Shown here one piece after another: positions 1 through 7,833 of a stretch of DNA of 32,000 bases. The position numbers and the translations under genes were made by a program. The DNA is taken from contig NZ_MTBA01000001.1 of the NCBI RefSeq assembly GCF_002150805.1, positions 361,854-393,853 on the forward strand, in the 5' to 3' direction. The stretch comes from Oceanospirillum sanctuarii (GTDB lineage: Bacteria > Pseudomonadota > Gammaproteobacteria > Pseudomonadales > Halomonadaceae). The notes under the pieces were generated by a model. That model made no database searches. It was not told the origin of the DNA and was given only the letters and a program-made list of their open reading frames with translations. Numbering within the stretch: position 1 is the stretch's first letter; every line of letters starts with the position of its first letter.

Positions 1-702
1 GTAGCCGATAAAGCGGTGATTCTGGCGAAGTTCTCCGGTGAACGTGTACCTTTCCTGCAAGCGGTGTTTGAACATACCGCATTCAAAAAGACCTGGGGTG
101 TACCGGATTTTGACAGCCTGTATCAGGCTTATGGCGCGGGTGCTGAGCGCCATCGGGCGATTGCCGCTCTGGATTATCTGCACGAACAGGGGCTGATTGA
201 GCTGTCGGCCTCCAAGATGACTGAAGTGTTTCGGGTGGATATGAGCCGCCTGAAAAATGATGATCCGGTGGCGAAGCTTTATGCCTATGTGACTGAGAAA
301 GAGCAGAAAGAAATTGAGCGTATCGGTGCGCTGATCCGTTTCTTCCAACTGGATCGCTGCCTGACCCACAATTTGTCCCGCTATTTTGATGAAAGCTCCA
401 GCCCCAACGCCTGCGGCCATTGCTCCGTCTGCCGTGGGCAGGTAGCGCATCTGAGTTATGTGCAGGAACCCAAGTGGCCGGATCAGACGCAACTTAAAGC
501 CAATGTTGCTGCCTTTTTGCAGAAGCTGGAGACTGATAGCCCGCTTGATCTCACCGATGAAGAAAAGCGCATCTTAAGCGCCCGCTTCTTAGCAGGTTTA
601 ACCCAACCCGTATTCACCAAAATTAAAGCCCGACAGCTGAATGGCTTTGGCAGTTGTGAGCTGCTGCGTTATCGGGATATAGAAGCGGCAGTGACTCTCT
701 GA
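1..702 (+). CDS. RecQ-family DNA helicase, C-terminal fragment (5-prime end lies outside the window)
   Basis: Frame 1 is open from base 1 (VADKAVILAKF...) to TGA at 700-702. It contains a Cys cluster, CGHCSVCRG, resembling the RecQ-type zinc-binding motif. A strong hairpin terminator follows. The family call rests on motif memory only. Confidence 0.4.
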   Translation, partial: VADKAVILAKFSGERVPFLQAVFEHTAFKKTWGVPDFDSLYQAYGAGAERHRAIAALDYLHEQGLIELSASKMTEVFRVDMSRLKNDDPVAKLYAYVTEKEQKEIERIGALIRFFQLDRCLTHNLSRYFDESSSPNACGHCSVCRGQVAHLSYVQEPKWPDQTQLKANVAAFLQKLETDSPLDLTDEEKRILSARFLAGLTQPVFTKIKARQLNGFGSCELLRYRDIEAAVTL

Positions 703-734
703 TAGCTTCTGTCTCTCACCTTCAGATACGAAAA

Positions 735-760
735 AGCCAGACCTAAGGTCTGGCTTTTTT
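735..760. terminator. Bidirectional intrinsic terminator between convergent genes
   Basis: AGCCAGACC (735-743), loop TAA, GGTCTGGCT (747-755) form a perfect 9-bp stem. An A-run lies upstream (731-735) and a T-run downstream (755-760). Confidence 0.75.
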
Positions 761-789
761 ATGAGCATTTACCAAGCGCTTTCGCGAAC

Positions 790-1134
790 TTAGTAGTCCT
801 CATCATCCTCAAACGGATCTTCCAGATCGTCATCTTCATCGTCTTCACGCTCAACAAACACTCGGTTTGCCGGTACGGCGATGATTTCCAGATAGAAACT
901 CTGCCATTCCTGAGACTCAGCAAAACTGATCTTTTCATTGATCTCTGCAGCACGAATCACTTCAGCAGTGTCGGCATCGGCACCGAACTTACATTCAAAT
1001 GCCCAGAAATCAGCACCTTTCGGCAGGGCTTTGTTGCGCTCACGCTTCTGGTATTTTTTGGCTTCGTTTTTAGCGGCTTCGATCAGACGTGGATATTTGA
1101 TCTTGGGATGGGAAAGCTTAAATGTCTTTTTCAT
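790..1134 (-). CDS. Small conserved hypothetical protein: Lys-rich N-terminus, strongly acidic C-terminal tail (possibly DUF6172-like)
   Basis: 114-aa ORF with an ATG start that ends just before the bidirectional terminator. The sequence MKKTFKLSHPKIKYPRLIEAAKNEAKKYQKRERNKALPKGADFW resembles a conserved small-protein family. The tail is EREDDEDDDLEDPFEDDEDY. Confidence 0.6.
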   Translation of the reverse strand: MKKTFKLSHPKIKYPRLIEAAKNEAKKYQKRERNKALPKGADFWAFECKFGADADTAEVIRAAEINEKISFAESQEWQSFYLEIIAVPANRVFVEREDDEDDDLEDPFEDDEDY

Positions 1135-1405
1135 TGGAATCCTGAAGGGTCGAGTTGGGCGATCAGCTGATTACACGCAGTATAGAGCTGATCCCCTGAA
1201 ATGCGCGGGCATAATAACGGATTTGTGGACGATCAGCTATCGCCAGCAACTTTAAAACGTGAAGAAACAGTAAGAATGCTGTGATCCCTTTGGCATTTGG
1301 CTGACCGTCAGGTTTACGCAATTACTCTAACCTATTAAGATCCGAGGCAAATTTTCGCTTGTTCACTCAAGAACACTATTTATTTCAATGGATTAAGGGA
1401 TTGTT

Positions 1406-2656
1406 ATGAAGCGATTCGCCCGGCTTTCACTCCTGCTGTCAGGTGCTGTGGCCTTTTTGAGTTTACCTGCTCAGGCCGCCAGTTTTGACTGTAAACTAGC
1501 AAAAGCCCCCATTGAGCTGCAGATCTGCTCGACCGAATCATTGAGCGTAATGGATGAGGTGATCGGTAAGCTCTATTTTAAAGCCCGTAACCTGCCCGGT
1601 CAGGAAGGGCTGAAAGAGAGCCAGAAGACCTGGCTTAAAGCGCGTAATAATGCCTGTGAAATCTCCCCTTTACGTGAGTGTGAACAGGTGTTTATTGACC
1701 GTATTGGCCAGTTGTTACAGGCAGTACGTGAGCCACAGCCTGAAAGCTTATCGGTAAAGATGCTTCAGCAGGGAATGTTGGTGCCGACGCTTGACCAGTT
1801 GGATCAGTACTCCCGTGAAAAAGCAGAAGCATTGGGGGCGGATATTTATACTCCCTGGCCGCGTAAACAGCTGCTGAAGATGAATATCAGCTCGATTCCG
1901 GTCGTTGCTCTGGTTGATAACAAACCTTTCGTATATTTCACTTTTCACAATCCCGAGGTGAGAAAACAGTGTCTCTACGAGTACAACATTCTTGAGAACA
2001 AAGGGGTTCAGGGGAAATGTGATATCGGCACGCAGGTTGGCCTTTATGGTGATCAGATTCTGGTAAATCAACACTGGAGCAAAAATGACGAATACTACGG
2101 TGTAACCGCAGGAACACTCTTCGAAGGCGATATCTTCGAGGTTGGTATTGATGACAAGCCGGAGTTTTTTGCCAATCAGATTCGTGAGCAGTCCGCCTGG
2201 ATGGCTTCGAAAGATGGCAATAAGCTGGCGGTAGTGGCCAGGTTCGTTTTTGATGAGGATCTCGCAAGCTCTATGCCTTACCAGCAGAGTCTTCAGCTGG
2301 AACGTATGCGTGAGATGACCAATCCTGAAATGCTGAAAGATGCGCGTCCGCTGGTGGTTTATGATCGTGTGACGGACAAAGTCAGCATGTCGCCGGATCT
2401 TCTGCCCAACGAGGATGATTATTACTGGGAGAGCATTTTCGGTATTCGCTGGAATGAGGACAGCAAAACGGTTTTCTTCGACAACGAGGGCAGTCGTCTG
2501 GCCTGCATCTGGGAGTTTGATCCAAGCGACAACAAGCTCTACAAGATTGTGCCGGAGTCTGAAGCGATAAACCCTTACCCTTTCACGTTAGATGGACAGG
2601 ACTTTATCGTTTACAGCGTCGATAACAAGATCATGATGGCGGCACGTCCACGTTAG
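1406..2656 (+). CDS. Secreted protein with an N-terminal LprI/DUF1311-like domain and an uncharacterised C-terminal region of about 300 aa
   Basis: Signal peptide MKRFARLSLLLSGAVAFLSLPAQA. The Cys-containing motif CKLAKAPIELQICSTE...SQKTWLKARNNAC is typical of DUF1311 (lysozyme-inhibitor LprI fold). GGGA sits about 7 nt upstream of the ATG. Confidence 0.7.
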   Translation: MKRFARLSLLLSGAVAFLSLPAQAASFDCKLAKAPIELQICSTESLSVMDEVIGKLYFKARNLPGQEGLKESQKTWLKARNNACEISPLRECEQVFIDRIGQLLQAVREPQPESLSVKMLQQGMLVPTLDQLDQYSREKAEALGADIYTPWPRKQLLKMNISSIPVVALVDNKPFVYFTFHNPEVRKQCLYEYNILENKGVQGKCDIGTQVGLYGDQILVNQHWSKNDEYYGVTAGTLFEGDIFEVGIDDKPEFFANQIREQSAWMASKDGNKLAVVARFVFDEDLASSMPYQQSLQLERMREMTNPEMLKDARPLVVYDRVTDKVSMSPDLLPNEDDYYWESIFGIRWNEDSKTVFFDNEGSRLACIWEFDPSDNKLYKIVPESEAINPYPFTLDGQDFIVYSVDNKIMMAARPR

Positions 2657-2672
2657 TTTTCCGGGGCTGAAC

Positions 2673-3314
2673 TCAAAGCAGCCCCAGATCAATCGCTTTA
2701 AGCACCGCCCGGGTTCGATCCCGTACATCCAGCTTTCTGAGTACAAAAGAAACCTGATTACGGATCGTACCCTCAGACCGACACAGAGCATCGGCGATCT
2801 CGCCGTTGGAATAGCCCGCAGCAATCAGGCTAAGCACCTTAAGCTCGCTGTCGGTCAGGGTTTCTATTACGGGGCTTTGATCGTCATTCCGTTTTGGTGC
2901 GGCGGTGAGAATCCGGTCGGTTATACCGGGGGAGAGCGCCGTTCCACCCTTGGCCAGTGTTTCAATTGCCCCGGTCAGACGTTCCAGATTGATATCCTTC
3001 AGGGCATAGCCTTTGGCCCCATAGCGAATGCACTCCAGCGCCTGTTCCGTGTCATCAAAGGTGGTCAGCACCAGAACCGGCTGCGTCAAATCCTGCTCCC
3101 GCATCGCTTTTAAAACGCCTATTCCGTCCAGAACCGGCATACGGATATCCAGCAGGACGACATCAATTTCGCCACCCCGATCAGCCAATAATTGCAGCGC
3201 TTCTTCACCGTTGGCGGCTTCAGCCACAACCTGAATATTGTCTTTTAACGCCAGCAGGCTTTTCAGTCCTTCGCGCAGCAGTGTCTGATCGTCAACCAAA
3301 AGCACCCTGATCAT
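2673..3314 (-). CDS. Two-component response regulator, NarL/FixJ family (REC plus LuxR-type HTH)
   Basis: MIRVLLVDDQTLLREGL...VVLLDIRMP is a receiver domain. The C-terminal LTDSELKVLSLIAAGYSNGEIADALCRSEGTIRNQVSFVLRKL is a LuxR-type HTH. It lies 36 nt downstream of the kinase gene on the same strand. Confidence 0.92.
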   Translation of the reverse strand: MIRVLLVDDQTLLREGLKSLLALKDNIQVVAEAANGEEALQLLADRGGEIDVVLLDIRMPVLDGIGVLKAMREQDLTQPVLVLTTFDDTEQALECIRYGAKGYALKDINLERLTGAIETLAKGGTALSPGITDRILTAAPKRNDDQSPVIETLTDSELKVLSLIAAGYSNGEIADALCRSEGTIRNQVSFVLRKLDVRDRTRAVLKAIDLGLL

Positions 3315-3350
3315 GGCTTAAATTCCTTGTTTCTGAATATTTAGCGTCAT

Positions 3351-4631
3351 TTAGAACACATCCGTTTCGACAAACGGGATAGTGATTCGGATCGCAAAAC
3401 CCTGTTCGTTGTTGTCTGCCTCCAGCTTGCCATCAAAGGGGGCGAGCCGTTCAGCCATGCCGGTTAGGCCATTTCCGGCCTGATGGGGTTGAGCAGGTAT
3501 CCTGGCTTTTTGGTTGCCGTTGTCCTGAATCGTCAGGCAGGGGCCGCAATCATCCTTCTTTAGGCTGATTCGTATCTGGTCGGCCTGACTGTGCTTCATG
3601 CAGTTGGTCAGGGCTTCCTGAACCGCATGGAAGAGAGCGCCCGCCAGTTGTGCATTACAGATGGTCAGATCGGGATCGGTCTCAAGCTTTACTTCAAGCT
3701 TCGGCAGGTTACTGCAAAGGGTTGTCAGCGCCGTTGCCAGATCGATTTTACGTTGTTCCCGCAAGGTGCTGACGGAGCTTCTAACATCACTGAGCAGCAG
3801 GCGGGTGATCTGCTGAGCCTTGGCAATATGTTCTGGCGCTTGCTCTGCTTTGCAGTGGTTAGCCACTTCCAGCTGAATACTGAGTCCCGTGAGGTGGTGG
3901 CCGAGGGTATCGTGCAGATCCCGGGCGATTCTCAGACGTTCATCCCGTGCTGCGGTGTCATGCAGCAGAGTTTGAGTGGCCTTTAGTTCCCGCAGCAGAT
4001 TGGCGGATTGCGCCCTAGCTTCCCGTTCAGAGTGCAGCCGAATAGCAAACATATAGGCAAAGGTGTTGTAGAGAGTAAAAGCCAGACCGTTTATCAGCAC
4101 ATGGCTTTGGCCATTAGCACCGGCATCGAAAAGAGCAATCAGAACGGGCAGCAGAATTACGGGAAGAATCTGCATCGGTTTCAAGCCGTAATCCACCAGT
4201 TTGACCAGATAGATAATCAACAGAATAGCGACCAGCCCGATATGGAAGAAAAGCAGCAGGCCGCAGAGGATCAGCAGGGTGCCGATCAGTATCGGTGTTG
4301 CCAGCTTGGGCCAGCGCTGACGGAAAAACTCGGTATAGATCAGGTAGAGCAAAAACAGGAAGAAAGCCCCGCAGACCAGAATCAGATTGGTGAGGTTCGG
4401 CTCCGGCAGATAATCCGGTCGTATCTCAGGTGCGATCCAGGTTTCAAAGGTATAAAAGCCAACAAAGTCCCAGGTCAGCAGCGCCAGTAAAAACTCGTAA
4501 TGTTCCTTCACACGACTGAAAAAATGGCGCAGAGGGCTATTTTTTTTGTCCCCTGCTTGTTTACCGCTTGCTTGTTTACCCCTTGGATAGCTCAGAGTCT
4601 GGTTTTTGGCGGGCTGATTGTTCTGATCCAT
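3351..4631 (-). CDS. Sensor histidine kinase, HisKA_3 (DesK/LiaS/NarX-like), multi-TM N-terminus with no obvious periplasmic domain
   Basis: The H-box RIARDLHDTLGHHLTGLSIQLE is typical of HisKA_3. The C-terminal HATPase motifs are NCMKHS and GNGLTGMAERL. Residues about 50-200 are consecutive hydrophobic helices with only short loops. Confidence 0.9.
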   Translation of the reverse strand: MDQNNQPAKNQTLSYPRGKQASGKQAGDKKNSPLRHFFSRVKEHYEFLLALLTWDFVGFYTFETWIAPEIRPDYLPEPNLTNLILVCGAFFLFLLYLIYTEFFRQRWPKLATPILIGTLLILCGLLLFFHIGLVAILLIIYLVKLVDYGLKPMQILPVILLPVLIALFDAGANGQSHVLINGLAFTLYNTFAYMFAIRLHSEREARAQSANLLRELKATQTLLHDTAARDERLRIARDLHDTLGHHLTGLSIQLEVANHCKAEQAPEHIAKAQQITRLLLSDVRSSVSTLREQRKIDLATALTTLCSNLPKLEVKLETDPDLTICNAQLAGALFHAVQEALTNCMKHSQADQIRISLKKDDCGPCLTIQDNGNQKARIPAQPHQAGNGLTGMAERLAPFDGKLEADNNEQGFAIRITIPFVETDVF

Positions 4632-4705
4632 CGGGCTTTCACATCCGGGCTGTTTTTATCTTATGTTTAGGCCGAAACTTTAGCGTTTTTAACCGTTTAA
4701 AGCGA

Positions 4706-4745
4706 TGTGATAAATGTCACGATGGGGTTTGTGACATTTGCCACA
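4706..4745. promoter_or_regulatory. Two tandem CRP-like sites / 9-bp inverted repeat in the divergent kinase-mipA promoter region
   Basis: TGTGATAAATGTCACG (4706-4721) and TGTGACATTTGCCACA (4730-4745) each approximate TGTGA-N6-TCACA. AAATGTCAC (4712-4720) and GTGACATTT (4731-4739) form a perfect 9-bp inverted repeat with a 10-nt spacer. Confidence 0.35.
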
Positions 4746-4816
4746 AGCGGCCTGCCGGTTCAGTCCATAAACTCGCTTTCAAATCATTTGATCGATTTAT
4801 CACAGGAAGCGAAGTC

Positions 4817-5653
4817 ATGATCCAGCCCCACGGAATGCCAACACAACAAGTACCTTCACAACAAGTACCTTTTACTTCTCGCTCAGTTCTTGCCCTGTTA
4901 CTAGGGCTGACGACTGCTACTGTCACCAATGCGCAGCCACAACATCAAACGGATCAGGTGCGTTGGGAGTTTGGCGTGATGGCCAGTATGCTGGAAACAC
5001 CCTGGAAAGGTCTGTCGGCTCAGTCCACGGCGCTGCCTTTTGTGAATGCAGAAGTGGGCAACTGGCGTTTTGGACCTAAGTACGGCATCGCGCAATACCA
5101 GATCAATCTCGATGCTGTTCAATACGGCATTGGTGTTGGCTATCGGGATGAGAGTTACGAAAGTGACTGGATTCCGGGCTTTAAGAAATCGGACGCACCA
5201 GAGCTGGAGGGTTACCAGTCCGGTGGTGGTGATCTGACTCTGTTGACCCGTGTGCGTTATCAACGCCTTGCCTTAAAACTGGAGCAGGATATTTCCGATA
5301 ACTCCAATGGCCTGACGGCTGAGGCCAAGATAGAACATCCGATTTTCGGCCGAGGCTTAGGCTGGAACCTAAAAGCCCATGGCGGCATCTACTGGCAAAG
5401 TGAAGATTACGTGCAGCATCTCTTTGGTATCTCCGGTAGCAATATTGATTCTGCCAAAGGCCGAACAGCTTATACGCCGGAAAGTGCTTTGAATCCTTTT
5501 GTGGGTATCAACACCAGCTATATCTTTGATCGCCAGTGGGGGCTGCACGGCTTCTACCGCTTTGAGCGACTGGACAGCACCATTACTGATAGTCCGATTG
5601 TGAGCGAAAAGAACAAACAGGCTCTGGGGATGATGTTGACCTATCGGATGTAA
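4817..5653 (+). CDS. MipA/OmpV-family outer-membrane protein
   Basis: ATG at 4817 is preceded by AGGAAG. A signal-like segment SRSVLALLLGLTTATVTNAQ follows. Alternating beta-strand-like sequence (GIGVGYRDESYESDW..., LHGFYRFERL...) is typical of MipA/OmpV. The ORF-track start at 4568 overlaps the kinase start and is rejected. Confidence 0.8.
   Translation: MIQPHGMPTQQVPSQQVPFTSRSVLALLLGLTTATVTNAQPQHQTDQVRWEFGVMASMLETPWKGLSAQSTALPFVNAEVGNWRFGPKYGIAQYQINLDAVQYGIGVGYRDESYESDWIPGFKKSDAPELEGYQSGGGDLTLLTRVRYQRLALKLEQDISDNSNGLTAEAKIEHPIFGRGLGWNLKAHGGIYWQSEDYVQHLFGISGSNIDSAKGRTAYTPESALNPFVGINTSYIFDRQWGLHGFYRFERLDSTITDSPIVSEKNKQALGMMLTYRM
4842..4871 (+). repeat. Perfect 15-bp tandem duplication (CACAACAAGTACCTT x2) in the 5-prime end of the MipA-family gene
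   Basis: Copy 1 is 4842-4856 and copy 2 is 4857-4871. Together they encode the repeated QQVP(S) motif just before the signal peptide. Confidence 0.9.
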
Positions 5654-5723
5654 GCCTTTATCCCAAAGAGATAGAATGATCTTAATGAGTTTCCCCAGAG
5701 AGTCCGGCATGCAGGAGAGCAGA

Positions 5724-6539
5724 ATGGAAAGTCGCCGTCGAAACATCACATCACTAAAAGTATTAACGGCTTTCAGGCTGATGCTGGCGGCAGCCTTGCT
5801 GATGTTGGCCGGGTTTCAGAATGCATCGGCTGATACTTCACCAAGTGAGCCACTGACTGCAAAACAGCTGCTGGATCATATCGATCAGCTCTGGCGGGGA
5901 AATACCTCTCACACGTTAATGCAGATGCAGGTGAAAACCCGCCGTTATCAGAGAACGATGGAGATGGAAGCCTGGTCCATGGGGGATGAACACTCGCTGG
6001 TGGTGATTCAGCAACCCGTTAAGGACAAGGGCATTGCCACCCTCAAGGTGGAAGAGAATATCTGGAACTACCTGCCAAAGATCAACCGGGTGACCAAGGT
6101 GCCAGTCAGTATGATGTCCGGTTCCTGGATGGGCAGCCACTTTACCAATGATGATCTGGTGAAAGAGAGCAAGTTTGCCTCCGATTACGACTCTGAGATC
6201 ACCTTTGAAGGCAAACGGGATGGTCGTGCGTTGTATGAGATTACGGCGATTCCCAAACCGGATGCAGCGGTTGTCTGGGGTAAGGTGGTGATGGAGATCG
6301 ATCAGCAGACGCTGGCTCCGATCCGCACGCTTTATTTTAATGAGCAGCAGTCTCTGATCCGTTCCATGTTGTTTGAAGAACTGCAGCAGATCGGTCGTTA
6401 TCAGGTGCCTATGGTGATGCGACTCCTGCCGGAAGATAAACCCGGTGAGTCCACCGTGATCACTTACAAGTCCATCGAATTTGATCTGCCACTGGAGCCC
6501 CGCTTTTTCTCCCTGCAGAATCTGAAGAGCGGACTCTGA
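5724..6539 (+). CDS. LolA-like periplasmic protein (outer-membrane lipoprotein-sorting protein family)
   Basis: ATG at 5724 has AGGAG 6 nt upstream. Signal peptide: LMLAAALLMLAGFQNASA. The segment WNYLPKINRVTKVPVSMMSGSWMGSHFTNDDLVKES matches my memory of the LolA_like family, which often neighbours FtsX or MMPL transporters. The ORF-track start at 5676 is less likely. Confidence 0.78.
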   Translation: MESRRRNITSLKVLTAFRLMLAAALLMLAGFQNASADTSPSEPLTAKQLLDHIDQLWRGNTSHTLMQMQVKTRRYQRTMEMEAWSMGDEHSLVVIQQPVKDKGIATLKVEENIWNYLPKINRVTKVPVSMMSGSWMGSHFTNDDLVKESKFASDYDSEITFEGKRDGRALYEITAIPKPDAAVVWGKVVMEIDQQTLAPIRTLYFNEQQSLIRSMLFEELQQIGRYQVPMVMRLLPEDKPGESTVITYKSIEFDLPLEPRFFSLQNLKSGL

Positions 6540-6540
6540 T

Positions 6541-7833
6541 ATGAAACCACTTTTTACCACCTTGTCGCCGGCACTAACTCATCCTGCGATGCTGGTCTTT
6601 ATGGGCTGGCGCAATATCTGGCGTAATCCGGTACGCAGTCTGCTGACGGTTTCTGCGTTGGCGGGTGGGTTGATAATTGTGATTCTCTTCTCTGCCTTGC
6701 TGGAGGGAATGTCCCGGCAGATGGTGCATTACGCCACCAACCTCACCAGCGGGCATATTCAGTTACACCGACAAGCCTATATCGACGATCAGGATCTCTA
6801 TGCCACCCTGCCGTGGGATTATCTGACAGCGTTAGAGCAGCGCTTTCCTCACTTAACCTTTGCCCCCCGTTTGCAGGCTGCTGGACTTGCGAGCAGTAAG
6901 GATAGTTCTACCGGCGTCATGCTGCGTGCTGTTGATCCCAAAAGGGAAGGCAAGGTAACAGTTCAGCTGGATAAGGTCGCGAAGGGGCGTTCAGACCTCA
7001 GTGATAACCGCGTGCTGGTGGGCAAAAGTCTGGCGAAGAAACTGGCCCTAAAACCCGGTAGTGAGCTGATTCTGGTCACTCAGGCCGCCGATGGCAGTAT
7101 TGGTAACGCCATCTTTATCGTTTCCGGAATTCTTAAGCCTCTGGAGCCGGGTTTTGATCGCGCTGGCATCCTGATGTCGATTGATAATTTTCAACAACTG
7201 ATGGTGCTGAGCGAGGGCTTTCACGAACTTGCCGTGCATCTGACGCAGCCTGAGCAGCTGCCTCAGATTCAGCAGCAGCTGATCCAGGCCATCACGGACT
7301 TACAGCAGCAGAAACCGCTGGATGAATGGGGTGGTGCTGCGGTTGTACGCAGCTGGCAACAGCTGACGCCCATGGTGGCGAACATGATGCAGATGAGCCA
7401 GTCCATGCTCACCGTGATCGGATTTATTGTGGTTGGCCTCGCTTCAATGGGGCTGGTAAACACCCTGCTGATGGCGCTGCATGAACGTCGGCATGAACTG
7501 GGTATTTTGCGGGCGATCGGTATGAAAGGGCGTCATCTGATGCTGCTGATGCTGATTGAATCCTTCTTTCTTGCGCTGCTGGCGGCACTTTTAGGTGCGG
7601 GTCTTGGTTCGCTGGCGGGTTTGTGGCTGGAAAGCCACGGCATTGATTTCAGCAGCCGTATGCCGGATGGCTACGACTGGGGCGGACTGGTGTTTGAACC
7701 TGTGATGACCGCCTATCTGAATCTGACTCAGGTGGCAGGGTTAAGCCTGCTGATGGTGACGGTTGCCCTGTTGAGCGCCCTGATACCCAGCTGGCAGCTG
7801 ATCAAACTGAAACCTGCGGAGGTACTGCGCTGA
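6541..7833 (+). CDS. ABC transporter permease, FtsX/MacB-type (LolC/E-like), subunit 1
   Basis: An N-terminal TM (WRNIWRNPVRSLLTVSALAGGLIIV) is followed by a periplasmic domain of about 230 aa and three C-terminal TMs carrying the FtsX signature region (ERRHELGILRAIGMKGRHL). It starts 2 nt after the LolA-like stop. Confidence 0.9.
   Translation: MKPLFTTLSPALTHPAMLVFMGWRNIWRNPVRSLLTVSALAGGLIIVILFSALLEGMSRQMVHYATNLTSGHIQLHRQAYIDDQDLYATLPWDYLTALEQRFPHLTFAPRLQAAGLASSKDSSTGVMLRAVDPKREGKVTVQLDKVAKGRSDLSDNRVLVGKSLAKKLALKPGSELILVTQAADGSIGNAIFIVSGILKPLEPGFDRAGILMSIDNFQQLMVLSEGFHELAVHLTQPEQLPQIQQQLIQAITDLQQQKPLDEWGGAAVVRSWQQLTPMVANMMQMSQSMLTVIGFIVVGLASMGLVNTLLMALHERRHELGILRAIGMKGRHLMLLMLIESFFLALLAALLGAGLGSLAGLWLESHGIDFSSRMPDGYDWGGLVFEPVMTAYLNLTQVAGLSLLMVTVALLSALIPSWQLIKLKPAEVLR

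Noticed and set aside
4568-4816. N-terminal extension of the MipA-family ORF back to ATG 4568
   Set aside because: It overlaps the kinase start on the other strand and spans the divergent promoter. It encodes a Cys/His-rich, non-signal sequence. ATG 4817 has a good RBS and is followed by a signal peptide.
5916-6560. 214-aa antisense ORF opposite the LolA-like gene. Similar long antisense ORFs occur at 1748-2267, 3591-4490, 8180-8517, 13010-13540 and 28186-28599.
   Set aside because: All are embedded opposite genes with strong family signatures. They lack convincing ribosome-binding sites and have low-complexity, Arg/His/Gln-rich compositions typical of antisense frames in GC-balanced coding DNA.
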